Under the pieces are notes generated by a model that did no database searches, was not told the origin of the DNA, and saw nothing but the letters and a program-made list of their open reading frames with translations. A program made the position numbers and the translations under genes. A stretch of 62,633 nt of DNA, counting the filler, from Hausera hauseri (Eukaryota): the NCBI GenBank assembly GCA_046269625.1. It is 9 parts of 9 records of this genome, joined end to end, with 100 filler letters (N's around TTAATTAATTAA, not from the genome) between each part and the next. Parts side by side here need not be neighbours in the genome. Positions count along the whole stretch, not along the records: positions 4,334 to 12,384 come from JBJURY010803199.1; positions 12,485 to 18,163 come from JBJURY010208078.1; positions 18,264 to 24,368 come from JBJURY010140316.1; 6 more parts are not named here. One strand, given 5' to 3'. This document shows, piece after piece, positions 9,497 through 21,900 of this stretch; the stretch's first letter is position 1; every line of letters starts with the position of its first letter.

Positions 9497-12384
9497 CTAT
9501 GTTTTGACTACCCTTTGAATTGAGGTGACCTCTTCTTTACCATTTTTGTTTATGTAAACCGTAGTTGGTGTAGTTTTTGTAACTTCATAAGGTACCCTAC
9601 CTGTCCTGGTAAGCTTAAGAGATGTGCCTTTCTTTGCCACTGGGTAGTAAACGTAAACCCAATTTCCAAGTTCCAAGTCATTCGGTTTAGCCTTTTTGTC
9701 GTATTGTCCTTTAAATTGTTCTTGGTATTCTTTAGATAATTCCTTGGCTATTTCCCAGCATTTTAGCAATCTCGATTGTAGTACTTCAACGAAATTTTGT
9801 TCTAAATCTTCCGTCCGAGTTGTATATGGAATCAATCCTAGGTCTGTGGGCAATACAGCTTCCCTACCGTACATCATGAAAAATGCAGTAAATCCCGTCG
9901 CAGGATGCGGAGTAGTATTTTTAGCGAACTGCGTTCCTTCCAGGAACTCATCCCAATCTTTTTGGTCTTTCGCGAATACTGTTGATAAAATCCGTACAAC
10001 AGTTGCGTTCATTCGTTCCACCATTCCGTTACATTGAGGGTGATAAGCTGTGGTAGTTAATCGTTCAATCTCAAAAGTCTTGGAAATTTTCTCGAACAAC
10101 TCGCTCGTAAAGTTTCTTCCCCGATCTGTCAATATTTGTTCTGGTGGCCCGTATCTGCAAATGATTTTCCGTACTACTGCTTCTGCTAAGGTCTCAACTT
10201 TTTGATCAATTAATGCTATAAGTTCAACGAAGTGAGTCAGTCGATCAACACAAGTCAGAATATATCTATTATTCTTGTGAGCCGTAGGCAACGGTCCTAC
10301 AATATCCATAGACATTGCTTGCATTGGTCTATCTGGTACGTCGATAGGCTTACGTTCGGCAACGTAATTCTTTACTTTCTTTTGTCTGGTTGCGCATACT
10401 TCCAAGCGTTCACCCAATTCTTTACTTCAATGTAGACGCTCGGCCAATAGTATTTGTTTAATATTCTTTCCAATATCTTTTTCCATGACATGTGCCGGGC
10501 TAAGTATGAATCATGTTCAGCCAGGAGCACTTCTGCTCTTAATCCTTTTGGTATGACGACTAGTTTTCGCCCCTTTCGTTCGTAATACAATACACTCTCT
10601 TGATTGGAATCTCCAGCGACACAATATTTGTGTCCATATCTTCGCAAGTGCTTCCGCAGTTGATGTCCTTTTGGTATCTTGTCCTCATTAATGAATTCCA
10701 TAATTTGTCTTATAACATTGTCCCTTTTCTGTTCAATTGTAATCTTTAAAGCCTTGTCAAGGCTGAGAATCCGTTGTCTCTCTACCAAATTTTTAAGGTG
10801 TGTCTTTCTCATTACTGTCACTGCACTAGTTTTGGTTCTAAGCCTAGATAATGCGTCGGCATCGAAATGTTTCCTTCCAGGTTTGTATTGAAATTCGATG
10901 TTGTATCGTGAGATCTCTTCGATCCACCTATTAAGTCTACAAGTTGGGTTGTTCGCTCTACCTGTCAGAGTCGTAACTGCTTTATGATCCGTGACGATTA
11001 TAATCTTTTGTCCGTAGACGTATACATTAAAATGTCGCAAGGCTTCTTTTACCGTCAATGTTTCCAACTCTGTTACGGAGTAGTTCTTCTCAGTTTTCTT
11101 TAGTGAACGTCCTCCATATGCATTTGGATCTTCTAGTTTTTCGTCTTCTCGTTTTTGTGCTAATTCATATCAAATACCTTCCTTACTGGCGTCTGTTTTA
11201 ATTATGAACGGTAGATTGAAGTCGGGATATCTTAAAACAGGTTCACTAGTTAGAATTTTCTTTATCTCATCAAAAGCCTTTTGTTCTACATCGGTCCATT
11301 TCCATTTGATTCCCTTCTTCAACAGACGATACATTTGCGCATTTATTTTAGCGTTTTTTGGCACATAAGTGGCATAATATCCACACAATCCCAACCAATG
11401 TCTTAGTTCTTTTTGATTCTTGGGTTCTATGCAGTCCGAGATTTTACTCAATAATGACTTATCCGGTTTCGATCCTCCTTCTCCTACTGTATGTCCAAGG
11501 TATGATACGGCGTTCTGGGCCCATTTACACTTCTTGGGGTTCAGTTTCAGTCCAGCCTGTTCTAGCCTCATGAGTGTATCTTCGATATCCCTTAAATAAT
11601 CCTCTTCTGTTTTCGAGACAATCATAACATCGTCCAAATAGGCGAACGCATATTCCAGTCCTATCAGCATTTGGTTCATCATACGGGTAAAGATGGCTGG
11701 TCCGGTAGTTATCCCAAATGGCATAACATTAAATTCGTATATACCGTCATGTGTCTTAAATGCCGTCTTGTAACGATCTTCTTTTTCTATTTCTACCTGT
11801 CAATATCCAGATTGCAAATCGAGCGTAGTAAACCATTTCGCTCCCGAAAGTCTGTCTAGAGCTTCCTTTACCGACGGTAATGGGAAAGAGACTTTCATCA
11901 TCAGTGTGTTTAACGCTCGGTAATCGATACAAAATCGGTGATTACTGGTACCTTTCTTCTTAACCATTAGTATCGGTGAATACCAAGATCGATAGCTTGG
12001 TGTAATTATGTCAGCCTTTAACATTCGTTCAGCTTCCTTAGTTATCTCTGGTCTTAGTGAATGTGTAGGAGGACACCATTTTGGCATCTTTTGGTCTTCC
12101 AAGTCTATTTCATCGTTAGATCCTGGCTTTTTCTTGAGTGGAATTGTCAGTCTTAAGGTTTTCGCTCGACCAATGTCCTCTTCATCCTTCGCGATAATTG
12201 AGCTGTAGCGACAAAGTTATTCGTAGAATTGACAATATGCTTCTGGCGAAAATTTTATTTCAACGTGGGATGGAAATTCGGCGCCCTTGTACGGTTTTTC
12301 TTCAATGGTAATTGACGATACTCTATACGTATGTCCCAAAGTGGTATTGGCATAAAGTTTGATCGGAGTGGATGCGTTATTCGC
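9497..12384 (-). pseudogene. pol: Gypsy pol (RT-RNase H-integrase), frameshifted, 5' part cut by linker
   Basis: RFCIDYRALN, TTLDLQSGY, MPFGI, AYLDD, IKTDAS, VTDHKA, HDSYLARH, SMDIVGPLP, ILTDRGRNF, YHPQCNGMVER; Ty3/Gypsy order. Confidence 0.97.
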
Positions 12385-13057
12385 NNNNNNNNNNNNNNNN
12401 NNNNNNNNNNNNNNNNNNNNNNNNNNNNTTAATTAATTAANNNNNNNNNNNNNNNNNNNNNNNNNNNNNNNNNNNNNNNNNNNNGTTTTATGTATTAGAA
12501 TAATTTTATGCATAAATGTCGTTTTAAGTAATATTTTGTAAAATATATATTTCCCGCCGATTGGATACCATGTTGATATTTTAGTGAGTCATTTGTCTTG
12601 TGGGGCACGCATATTTCTTTGGTCCAATTTCAAAAGCAAAATATTACAAAATGACATGTATGTATGTATATCATATTTAAACTATATACATCCATAATTA
12701 AGCAAAATTTGTTTTGATTTTTGGTTGCCTGAGACAGAATCCGTGAAATATTTACTGACGCTCCATTCTTCGAGTTTTTCTTCAGCACTTTCTGATTGTA
12801 GATACGAAATACTTGTACATGGATAGTTTTTGTCACTCCAATGATAGTTTCCTTGATAGTGAATCTTGAAAATATTTTAATTTCTAAATTTAAAATTTCT
12901 GTTCATTAAGTGAATCATGACATCTCATATTTCAATCAATTTGGCCTGTCGCAAACATCCTAAATACTAAATTGAATTGTTAAAGATATCAAACATTTTA
13001 TGATGTACATTCCAGTCCATTCAATAACATAATAGACAGAATTATCGCCTCACTCAC

Positions 13058-16000
13058 TTTTGACTTTGCATTCTGCAAAATATCAAGATAAGGCAATCCG
13101 GGTTTAACCATTAAAATATCAGCACCTTCTTGAACATCTCGGTCCTTCATGAAACATTGACAAACTTCGAATTTTTAACAACAAACCATCGCTCTCATTG
13201 CCAGTCCTCGTGCTCCAGGAGGCAGTTGATAACATTTTCTGTCACCAAAACCCGGTGCCGATTGCGCTGCAGATCTGAATGGTCCGTAAAAACTTGACGC
13301 AAATTTGGCCGAATATGACATTAGAGTAACATATCCTTTTAAACCTTCGGACAAAAGTGCAGTTTTTATTGCTTTTATTCGTCCATCCGTGCAGTCACTG
13401 GGTGCGATAATGTCACATCCTTAGAGTGGTTAATCTCGTATGAAATGTGGTGAAATTACCCGCTTTAGCATAAGACATAGAAACCTCAACAAGACGTTTA
13501 ACACTTGCTTGGTTGTCAATTCTACCGTTCTTATCAAGTATACCTATACTAATAAAGACATGTCAACAGGAATAATTTTCGAACCACAATGGCCATGACT
13601 AGTGTAGGCACAGAGGCAAACGTCGCATGCCACTCGAAGTTCCGGAAATGCACTTTTCAATAATTTTACTGCAGTAACAACAGGACTATCGGGAGTATCA
13701 GCCGAAGATCCTGTTTCGTCCTGTGCAGCAATAAAATATCACAATTTTGAAATTTGTTTTTGTACAGCAGATCTAATAAAAGTCTCAATCGTCAAATGGG
13801 ATACCTCGCATTTTTCCAGACGTCTCATACGTAACCTTCGTACTAATTTATTAAAAAATTACAGGTTTTATCGTATTTTGGCAATAATAGGATATTTGGC
13901 ATTTGTCTCATATTACCGGCAAAAACACTATATCCAAAAGTACATTCGATTGAATCTCAAAGTTGAAACCATAAGCTCACGCTCTTCTGTAAAACCAAAA
14001 AGTAGTCATACAGATACCGACACGACTTAACTCAAGCCGAGCCGCAGATCTTGATATGTTAATTTTGACACTAAATTAAAACATGGTGAGTTTGTACGTA
14101 TTTTACTTGTATATTTTGAAGGTCAGATGAGATTATATGAGACTATATAATCAACTGCACTCGAGATAGAAATAAAAATGCATATTTTTCGACATTCCTT
14201 TCATTAAAAGAAATTTCATAGAAGTAGATTTCCTCGTAAAATTAAAATTCATCTTATTAAGATTGTATATTACACTTATGCAGCTGTATACCAAAAGTCC
14301 CGTATTTCTACAATCTACATATGCTTTATGACTACTTTATATACATTCATTTATTATTATTATTATTTTATTATTTATTTATTTTATTAATAATCATTTT
14401 ATTTAAATTATTTTAATCAGTCTCAGTAAATATCCGGTGCGCCAACAAAAATTCTACTCTACAGAATCAAGAGAAAACTTTTAGATTACGAAGGTTACGC
14501 AAACTTATTTTTAAAAAACAACTAGCATTTCACCCGAAAAGTCCTCCTTCTCTCTTAATAACTTTTCCAATTCGGGTCCGGAAGCTCCGACAAGTTCTCC
14601 TGATATAGTCCTTCGAGATTTCTGACCAAGCGTCAATGAGGGAGGCTTTGAGGGCTGCATCCTTCTGTAATTTCGCCCAAACCCTGTAGTCAAGAGGGTT
14701 GACATCTAGGGAGTTAGGAGGTCACATGTCTTTAGGCCAGAAGTTTGTAAAATTATCAGCAAATCACCCTAGGGTACGTTTCGATGCATGGGATGGCGCA
14801 CCATCTGGAGTAAAGACAACATTGGCAACTGAACCGTAAGTCTTAATAATCCGAGGCTTAACATGGTCACTTAGGATGTGGATGTAGCTTTCTGTGTTGA
14901 GACGATCACCACCTTTTACAAAGACAAGAGGCAACTGCAAAAGCTATTACACTGCTTGGGTGCTTCGTCCTGAACTGATGTCGGATGTGTTCTGGTACAT
15001 CACTGGGTTCACCATGACAAATAAATATGTCATTTCGGGAATTTGAAGCTTTGTCCACGGTAAAAATTTTCTCATCGGAGAACAAGGTGACTTGATTGCT
15101 GTGTTTTAAAAATGATAAAATTTGTTGACATCTTTGTAGTCTAGATTCTCAGTTTGCTATAGTGAAAAATGAGCGACAAGTTCTAGCTAAAGATCATGCC
15201 CCGAGATCCTCTTTGATGACCCTTCTCATTGTCGTAGCACTCACCTTCATGGTCTTGGCCATCTTTCTTATCGACTGGACAGGATTCCGACTCAAACCAC
15301 TTCCTTCCTTTCGTTGAACTATTCGAGTGCCTCGAAATTTGGCCTTGACACGAAACACAGTCGTTCTGTGAATATTACAGGCTTTTGCTACTTTCTTCAA
15401 CTTCATTCCGGCATCCAGAAAATTCATAATCACCTCATTTGTTGAAGACATTTTTGTAGATAAAGCTTCTTTGTTCGTTTTAGATATGAAATATGACGGT
15501 ACATTTCTTTCAAGTTATTTTAATAACTTGTTGATACAGGAATTAGAATATGATTCAAACGATTTAACAAATCCGCTAATTAGCGAAAAAAAAACTAACA
15601 TCAATGTAACATTTTGTTAGATTAGATGTTCTTAAATTTAGCAACCTTGGAGGACTTTGGTTTAAACTAATTTATGATCCATTAAACTGAAATATGTCAA
15701 TATTGAACTATTCTCGCTTAATTATAATTCCAGACAAGGAAAGGGACTTTACACCGTAAATCCGAGTTTTATATTATGGAAATAACTTATTCATTTTTGC
15801 ACTTGTTCCATTTTGTCAAAATATGCATAAGAATTTTGAACTTTAATAAAAATTTCCTTCTTTCCAAAATTTTCTGCATATATTCCATTTATACTGTCTT
15901 GGATTTTCTGTCGATTTTACGAAAAATTTCCCATTAAAAATGAGAATATCAGATGGGATATTTCCTATATGGATATTTTGCGTTCTTCTATGCACGGTGA

Positions 16001-17781
16001 TCACCAAGTGCTTCCCTGCAATCCTATAAAAGTATGGGGGGGGGTTTTAATGAATGGCTTGATGCTCTCCCTGCATATTGGGAGGAAAGCTGATTTGCAG
16101 CGAAGATGAAAACAGTTTCAAACAAGAACGTTGCCGCTAATTGGTCACATTCTATGATTTTTATGTTCAATTTAGAAGCATTTTATAGTTCCATTATAGT
16201 CCCACCTCTGCACATAAAACTAGGTCTCATGAACCAATTTGTTAAAGCATTTCCTAGCCTGTCATTTGAAAAGATAAAGGACGGTGTGTTTAACGGCACT
16301 TCATTCAAAATGAACATTTCATCGGGAACTTCAAAAGACTGCTTGGATGTCATTCAAAACCGTTGTCAAGGACTTTTTTGCGCCGAGCTTCAAAATTCTT
16401 GTTTGCAACATGAGCATTAAGGTGGATTTTCTGCACGGCCATCTTGCTGATTTCTCGGAAAACCTTGGTGCAGTCAGTGATGAGCAAGGTGAACGATTTC
16501 TTGGGATGTACATAAAATGACGGACTACTGTTGAGATCCGACGGAGTAGTTGGGTAATCCAGTAAACAGCGAATAGTAGATGAGCATGTGTGTGTGCGTG
16601 TTGAGTATTGTACATACAGTAGGGGAAAAAGGATGGTTCTGGATCAAGGGGGGAGGGTCCACCCACGCACCAATCGTTTGGTTGTTCTTTTGCATTTCCC
16701 GCCGTTGTCTTTTGCGACATGCAAAAACCGATCGCACCATTCAACTGGCCGTTGTCGAATTGACCAATCAGCATGCGAGCGTTACGTGATTGGCCAGTTG
16801 GTGCGTGGGTGGATCCCCCTTTTGGTCCGGAACCATCCTTTTTGCCCTACTTGCAAAATTATGTATGTGAAATTGATGTAAGTCCATGGTGGATGTAGTT
16901 TCCATAAGCGAACAGGATTATAATTATATCGGGTTGTGATTTTTTGGATGAGTGTTGCTTTTGTCGTAGGATGGTAGGCGCAAACTTTGTCTTTAAGACG
17001 TCTCCACATTCCTTCGATGGGGTCGAGGTCAGGAAAATTGCATTGCTACTCCCAGTAAAGGGATTTTCCAGTCATCACGTACAGTTCTTGTCACAACTTT
17101 GGCAGTATGACAAGAGCACCATCGTGCGGTAGTTCCTCATCATACCAGTCAAGCAGTTGTAGACCAGGTCCCTTTCCCGAAATAACACTCCACACCATGG
17201 CAGATGTAGGATATTTAACTACCTCTGTCACACAGTCTTCGTGTCATTACTCACTGACAGTTAACAAAAAAATAGAAAAGCTTTTTAATTGCCTTTGGAA
17301 AATCCCTTGATATTCATATCAAAAGCCGGAATAGAATACCATTTGGATTTTTTACTTTTGACGATTAAAGACATACTTACAAACACACTTATTAAAATTC
17401 GTGAAGAAAAATAAAATCGACAAAATTACGCAACTGATAAAGGCAACTATGTGATTTTCATAAGAAATTTACCTTTAACCCGAAATCAGGAATTCCAAAC
17501 AATAGAACGCATTTCAGACCTTTAAGAACAAGCGGACGAAGATATTCTACTAAATGTCGGCTTCCGATTTTTTTCTGACCGGGCATTGCTGAAATTTCCT
17601 CCAAAGCATCTGGGTCATATCTACTTTTGACGAAGTTATCAAATTATAGCGTTAAATAATTTTACTTAACAAAAACTGGGTAAATGAAATCATTTAGGCT
17701 TAAATTGGAACTATACTGCCATGATCGCAATAGTGGACAGTTGTAAGAACTGTGAAGATCAGCAACCTCGCAATTATGCAT
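13058..17781 (-). CDS. ALAD: Delta-aminolevulinic acid dehydratase (porphobilinogen synthase), 3' exons not found in this segment
   Basis: Six GT-AG exons with consistent phases: 17781-17666, 17620-17473, 13720-13585, 13543-13460, 13419-13187, 13144-13058. Translation includes [35 protein letters not shown] (Zn ligands), [42 protein letters not shown]. Confidence 0.96.
14430..15451 (-). mobile_element. Tc1/mariner-superfamily transposon remnant (maT/DD37D-like) inside ALAD intron 2
   Basis: HTH N-term ORF 15194-15451, then [22 protein letters not shown] and [12 protein letters not shown] across stops and frameshifts. Confidence 0.85.
16195..16500 (+). mobile_element. DNA transposase fragments (Chapaev3/CMC-like)
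   Basis: [25 protein letters not shown] and [29 protein letters not shown]; family name recalled from motifs, not searched. Confidence 0.55.
16617..16853. mobile_element. MITE with ~60-bp imperfect terminal inverted repeats
   Basis: Left CAGTAGGGGAAAAAGGATGGTTCTGGATCAAGGGGGAGGGTCCACCCACGCACCAA matches reverse complement of right ...TTGGTGCGTGGGTGGATCCCCCTTTTGGTCCGGAACCATCCTTTTTGCCCTACTTG; preceded by TA. Confidence 0.85.
16930..17200 (-). mobile_element. Tc1-like DDE transposase C-terminal remnant
   Basis: [17 protein letters not shown] matches the Tc1 SPDLNPIENLW motif. Confidence 0.7.
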
Positions 17782-18391
17782 TTTGAATTGTGGTACAATT
17801 AAAGGATATCAACACAATTATTTTAAACAAACTCTTTATTAGGTAATACAATTTTGTAATAACAATTTTGGATGAATCCGAGATTTCAATACTTTGTTTT
17901 ACTCAAAATTTTGGAAATGCAAGTTACTCATAATCCTACACATACGGTTGCCAGAAATTACGATCGGTTTACTCGGCAAGATCGGAGGATCGAAATCCGA
18001 CGTATCACCTGACACTATCGATTTTTACTTTCGAATCAGTTTCACACATTTCGCCAAGGACTGAACTACAAAGATTAACATATAATTTATTAATTAAAAA
18101 TTTTGAAACAAATTTTTCGTTTATGAAAAATAAATAATTTTAATTATTATTTACTTTTGAGCCNNNNNNNNNNNNNNNNNNNNNNNNNNNNNNNNNNNNN
18201 NNNNNNNTTAATTAATTAANNNNNNNNNNNNNNNNNNNNNNNNNNNNNNNNNNNNNNNNNNNNTGTGCGCCTCATTTCCAATAATTTTTAATCCAATCAT
18301 AAAACTCCATCGGGAGGTCCTTCGGGATCAATAACCTGCCTGTCCCAAGTCAGGATAAAGGAGGAGGGTTGGGTGTGGGGTTACCTACTCC

Positions 18392-18878
18392 TGTTGTGAC
18401 CAAATGAGTGTAGGAGTGAATGAAGTATGAGTTGTTTCCCTTACCCCTGTTTATGTAAACTAGCCATGGTTGAATGCCTCAAGGGTGGGGGGAAAGGGGT
18501 GCGAGTGACCACAGGAACGAATGAGTTGAACTAGTACAGTGGGGGTAAGAGGGGTAATGAGATAGAGGGGTGTTACGCACCAGAAGGGAAATATAAGTTG
18601 ACACCGGGACTGAACGAGATGATGACGCGACTTGAAAAAGAGAGAAGAATAACAAGACGGTTTTCACGACATATTGAACTAGACGTAGAATAGAGAACTA
18701 GTGCCACGAGTTAGTTGTTCTCGGGTCCTGGACAAGTGTGGACGTTTAAATATTTATTTCTGTGTAAGTAATGTTATTTTCCCAATAAACACTTTTCTTT
18801 GCAACCGTTGGGAATTTATGTGTTTGTTCGACGTGAAAGGAGTAAGCACACAGCCTCCCCCAAGCAACGATCCCAACA
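18392..18878 (+). repeat. 5' LTR (487 bp) of Gmr1-like element
   Basis: TGTTG...CAACA termini; AATAAA near 18784; first 12 nt match the 3' LTR start at 24357 with one mismatch. Confidence 0.9.
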
Positions 18879-18879
18879 T

Positions 18880-18896
18880 TGGTGGAGCAGCAGGGA
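18880..18896 (+). promoter_or_regulatory. Primer-binding site (tRNA-Ala-like)
   Basis: TGGTGGAGCAGCAGGGA one nt after the LTR end; TGGTGGAG is complementary to tRNA-Ala 3' ends. Confidence 0.65.
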
Positions 18897-18933
18897 CTCA
18901 GGTACTCAATAGATAGAACTTAATATTGTTAGA

Positions 18934-21900
18934 ATGCAGCAAGATGTCGAAAGTGAAGTACCGGATAAAGGGTCAAAACAATCCCGAGCAGCTAAATTTA
19001 AAGAATTTTTCCAAATTGCAAAGCTACGAGGGTCAGACGACAATGCGTGTTTTGAATATGCAGAAAAACAAATGGAGGCAATAGACGAAAGAGACGATAG
19101 GGCGAGTGAACGGGACGAAAAACAGAAAATTAGAGAGGCAGAAGAAAGGCGAGAAATCAGAGACAAAGAGGCAGCAGAAAAGGCTGCTATAAGGGAGGCA
19201 GCAGAAAAAACGGCTATAAGGGAGGCAGCAGAAAAAGCGGCTGCAAGGGAACACGAACTAAACATGAAAAGATTGGAGGTGGAGACACAAAAGAAACCGG
19301 CAGCGGACCAGCAAATGAGCAGCACCACAGTACCAAGTTCTACATTTATTAAAAAGAAACTCAGAGATTACGAAGACGGAAAAGATGATATGAATGCTTA
19401 TCTAAAGCGTTTTGAAGATAATTGCACGGTACAAGGTGTGCCCCAAACAGAATGGGCTAATCTTCTCACAAACCTCATGCAGGGCAAAGCACTAGTGATA
19501 TGTCAGAAACACGACATGACTAAAGGGGATGCTTACGAGAAGATGAAAGGGGAGCTATTGAATGTCTATGGATATAACGCACAAACCTTTCGGCAGAAAT
19601 TTCAGAATTGCCTAATGTCAAAGAAGCAAGAGCCACAGACATATATTAATGATCTCTGTACATATTTTGACAGCTGGGTCAAGTGTTCAAAAGTACCGAC
19701 GGAGTACAAAGCACTAAGAGATTTCATCCTGATCGACAGAATCATTCACTCCGCTGACAAAGAACTGCAAGCCTTTTTGCATGAACGGGCGCCAAAGACA
19801 TTAGACAGTATATTAGAAATATTGAGAATCTATCAAGAGGCGCACCCCGACAGGCCGATGTCTAAGGCGGATTATGACGACAACACAGATTTAATTTGCC
19901 TAGTTGGATCACATAAACGTATGGGGCAAAGACTAGAAGATGTAGGCAAACGAAGTCCATACGACAGAAGTGAGGCAGAATATGAAGACAGACGAGACAC
20001 TGAAGGTCACAGAGGGGGTGGCAAGTGGGAAAGACAAACACGATGTTTTATATGCAATAGCCAGTATCACATAGCGAGACAATGCCCTGAGAAACAAAAA
20101 GAGCCCAGAGAGGATCATAAACAACTATACTCAAGAAGATGCTTCATATGCAGTAGCCCACACCATTTGGCTAGGTATTGTAAGAGTAGACCAACTGACG
20201 ATTTTGACAACAGGCGCAATGACGATAAGGGGCCGCCGAAGAGGAGAAGTAATAGTGCGGACGCTGTTAACAGACGAACTAGGGACACTATAGGGGCAGT
20301 GTTGTGTAGAGAAGGAACAATAACCTTACATCCAGCCTTTGTTGGAAACACAGCCACACAAGTACTACTGGATTCTGGATGTTCCACAGCAGTGGTAGAT
20401 GAAAGTCTCGTGTTAAAATCCCAGTATAACGGTCGAACCTGTCTGTGTACATCTTTCACAGGTGTAGTAACTGAATTACCCAGAGCAGAAATCTTCGTTG
20501 ATACACCCTTTTACTGTGGGAATTTGGAAGTGGCTGTGTGCAAGGCGTTAGTGGTACCGCTAATACTAGGAAACCTGCCACAGGTGAAGAAAGCCTCAGA
20601 CGAGGAAATCAAACAGTGGATGATAGATCGAGGATTCGCAGGTGGACAGCATCGACAAGAGAACTTGTGTAATGTTGTTGTAACACGAGCCCAAAGCAAA
20701 CGAGACGAGCCAAAATCGATTGCACAAGAACCCACAAACAAACCTGCAAAAGAAATCAGGGGAGAGCATCCCGAGGAAGATAAAACGATGGAGGTCGAAA
20801 GTTCAGAATCTAAACCAACATGCAACGGGAGGCACAGGGCGATTGAAGAGATGAATATGCCCGATATGGCTAAAGACCAAGAACAAGACCCTGCGATCGG
20901 CAAGTGGTATCAGGCAGTGAAGTCACAGATACCCGCACCACGAAAACGGTCAAGGTTGGTCATGAAGAACGGAATCTTATATCGGATGTATGCTAAGGAA
21001 GGGGAAAGTCTAAAGCAGGTGGTGCTGCCGCAGAGATATTGGCGGAGGGTGGTGCAAATAGCTCACGACGACATGTCACACATGGGTGTCCGCAATACGA
21101 AACGGCACATTTTGACGCATTTCTACTTCCCCGGTGTTCATAGATATGTGGCGGAATACATCAGGGGGTGTGAGGTCTGTCAGAAAAGGGGATACAAAGG
21201 AAGAAACATTCAGGCACCAGTGCAAGAAGTGGACATAGTACATGAACCATTCGCTAAAATAGCAATTGATCTGATAGGGCCTATACCAGTAGAGTCGAAC
21301 GACGGTAACAGATACATTCTCACAATGGTGGATGTCTGTACACGGTGGCCAGAAGCCGTGCCCTTGTCTAATATAAGTGCTGAGAATGTAGCAAAGGCAC
21401 TATATACAATCTGCACAAGGATAGGCTTCCCAGAAGTCATATTGTCAGATAGAGGGTCCCAGTTTACGTCAGAACTGTTCCGACAGTTCAGTGGCTTACT
21501 AAAAATTGACCAGGTTTTTACAACACCTTATCACCCCGAGAGCAACGGAATTTGTGAGAGATATAACGGCAAGCTGAAACAAGCTCTGAACAAAATTGTC
21601 AGTGAAAACCCTCAAAACTGGGACAGGTTTATACCATCAGTATTGTTCGCACACCGCGAAATGGTGCATGAATCAACAGGATTTTCACCGTTCCAGATGG
21701 TTTATGGCAGAAGTCCTAGGGGTCCATTAGAGATATACAAGGATGTGATCTGTAAACCTGACATACACATATCTGTCAGAGACGCCTATCAGATGGTCAT
21801 AGATACTAGAGAGAAAATAGTTCAAGCCTGTCAAGCAGCGGGTCACACAGTAAGAACTAAAGGAAAAAAAACACGCACACGGATCAATAAGAACAGAAAG

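Noticed and set aside
12630-12870. Missing terminal ALAD exon
   Set aside because: I found no minus-strand translation with the expected AYxVSGEY motif; the exon probably lies beyond the linker.
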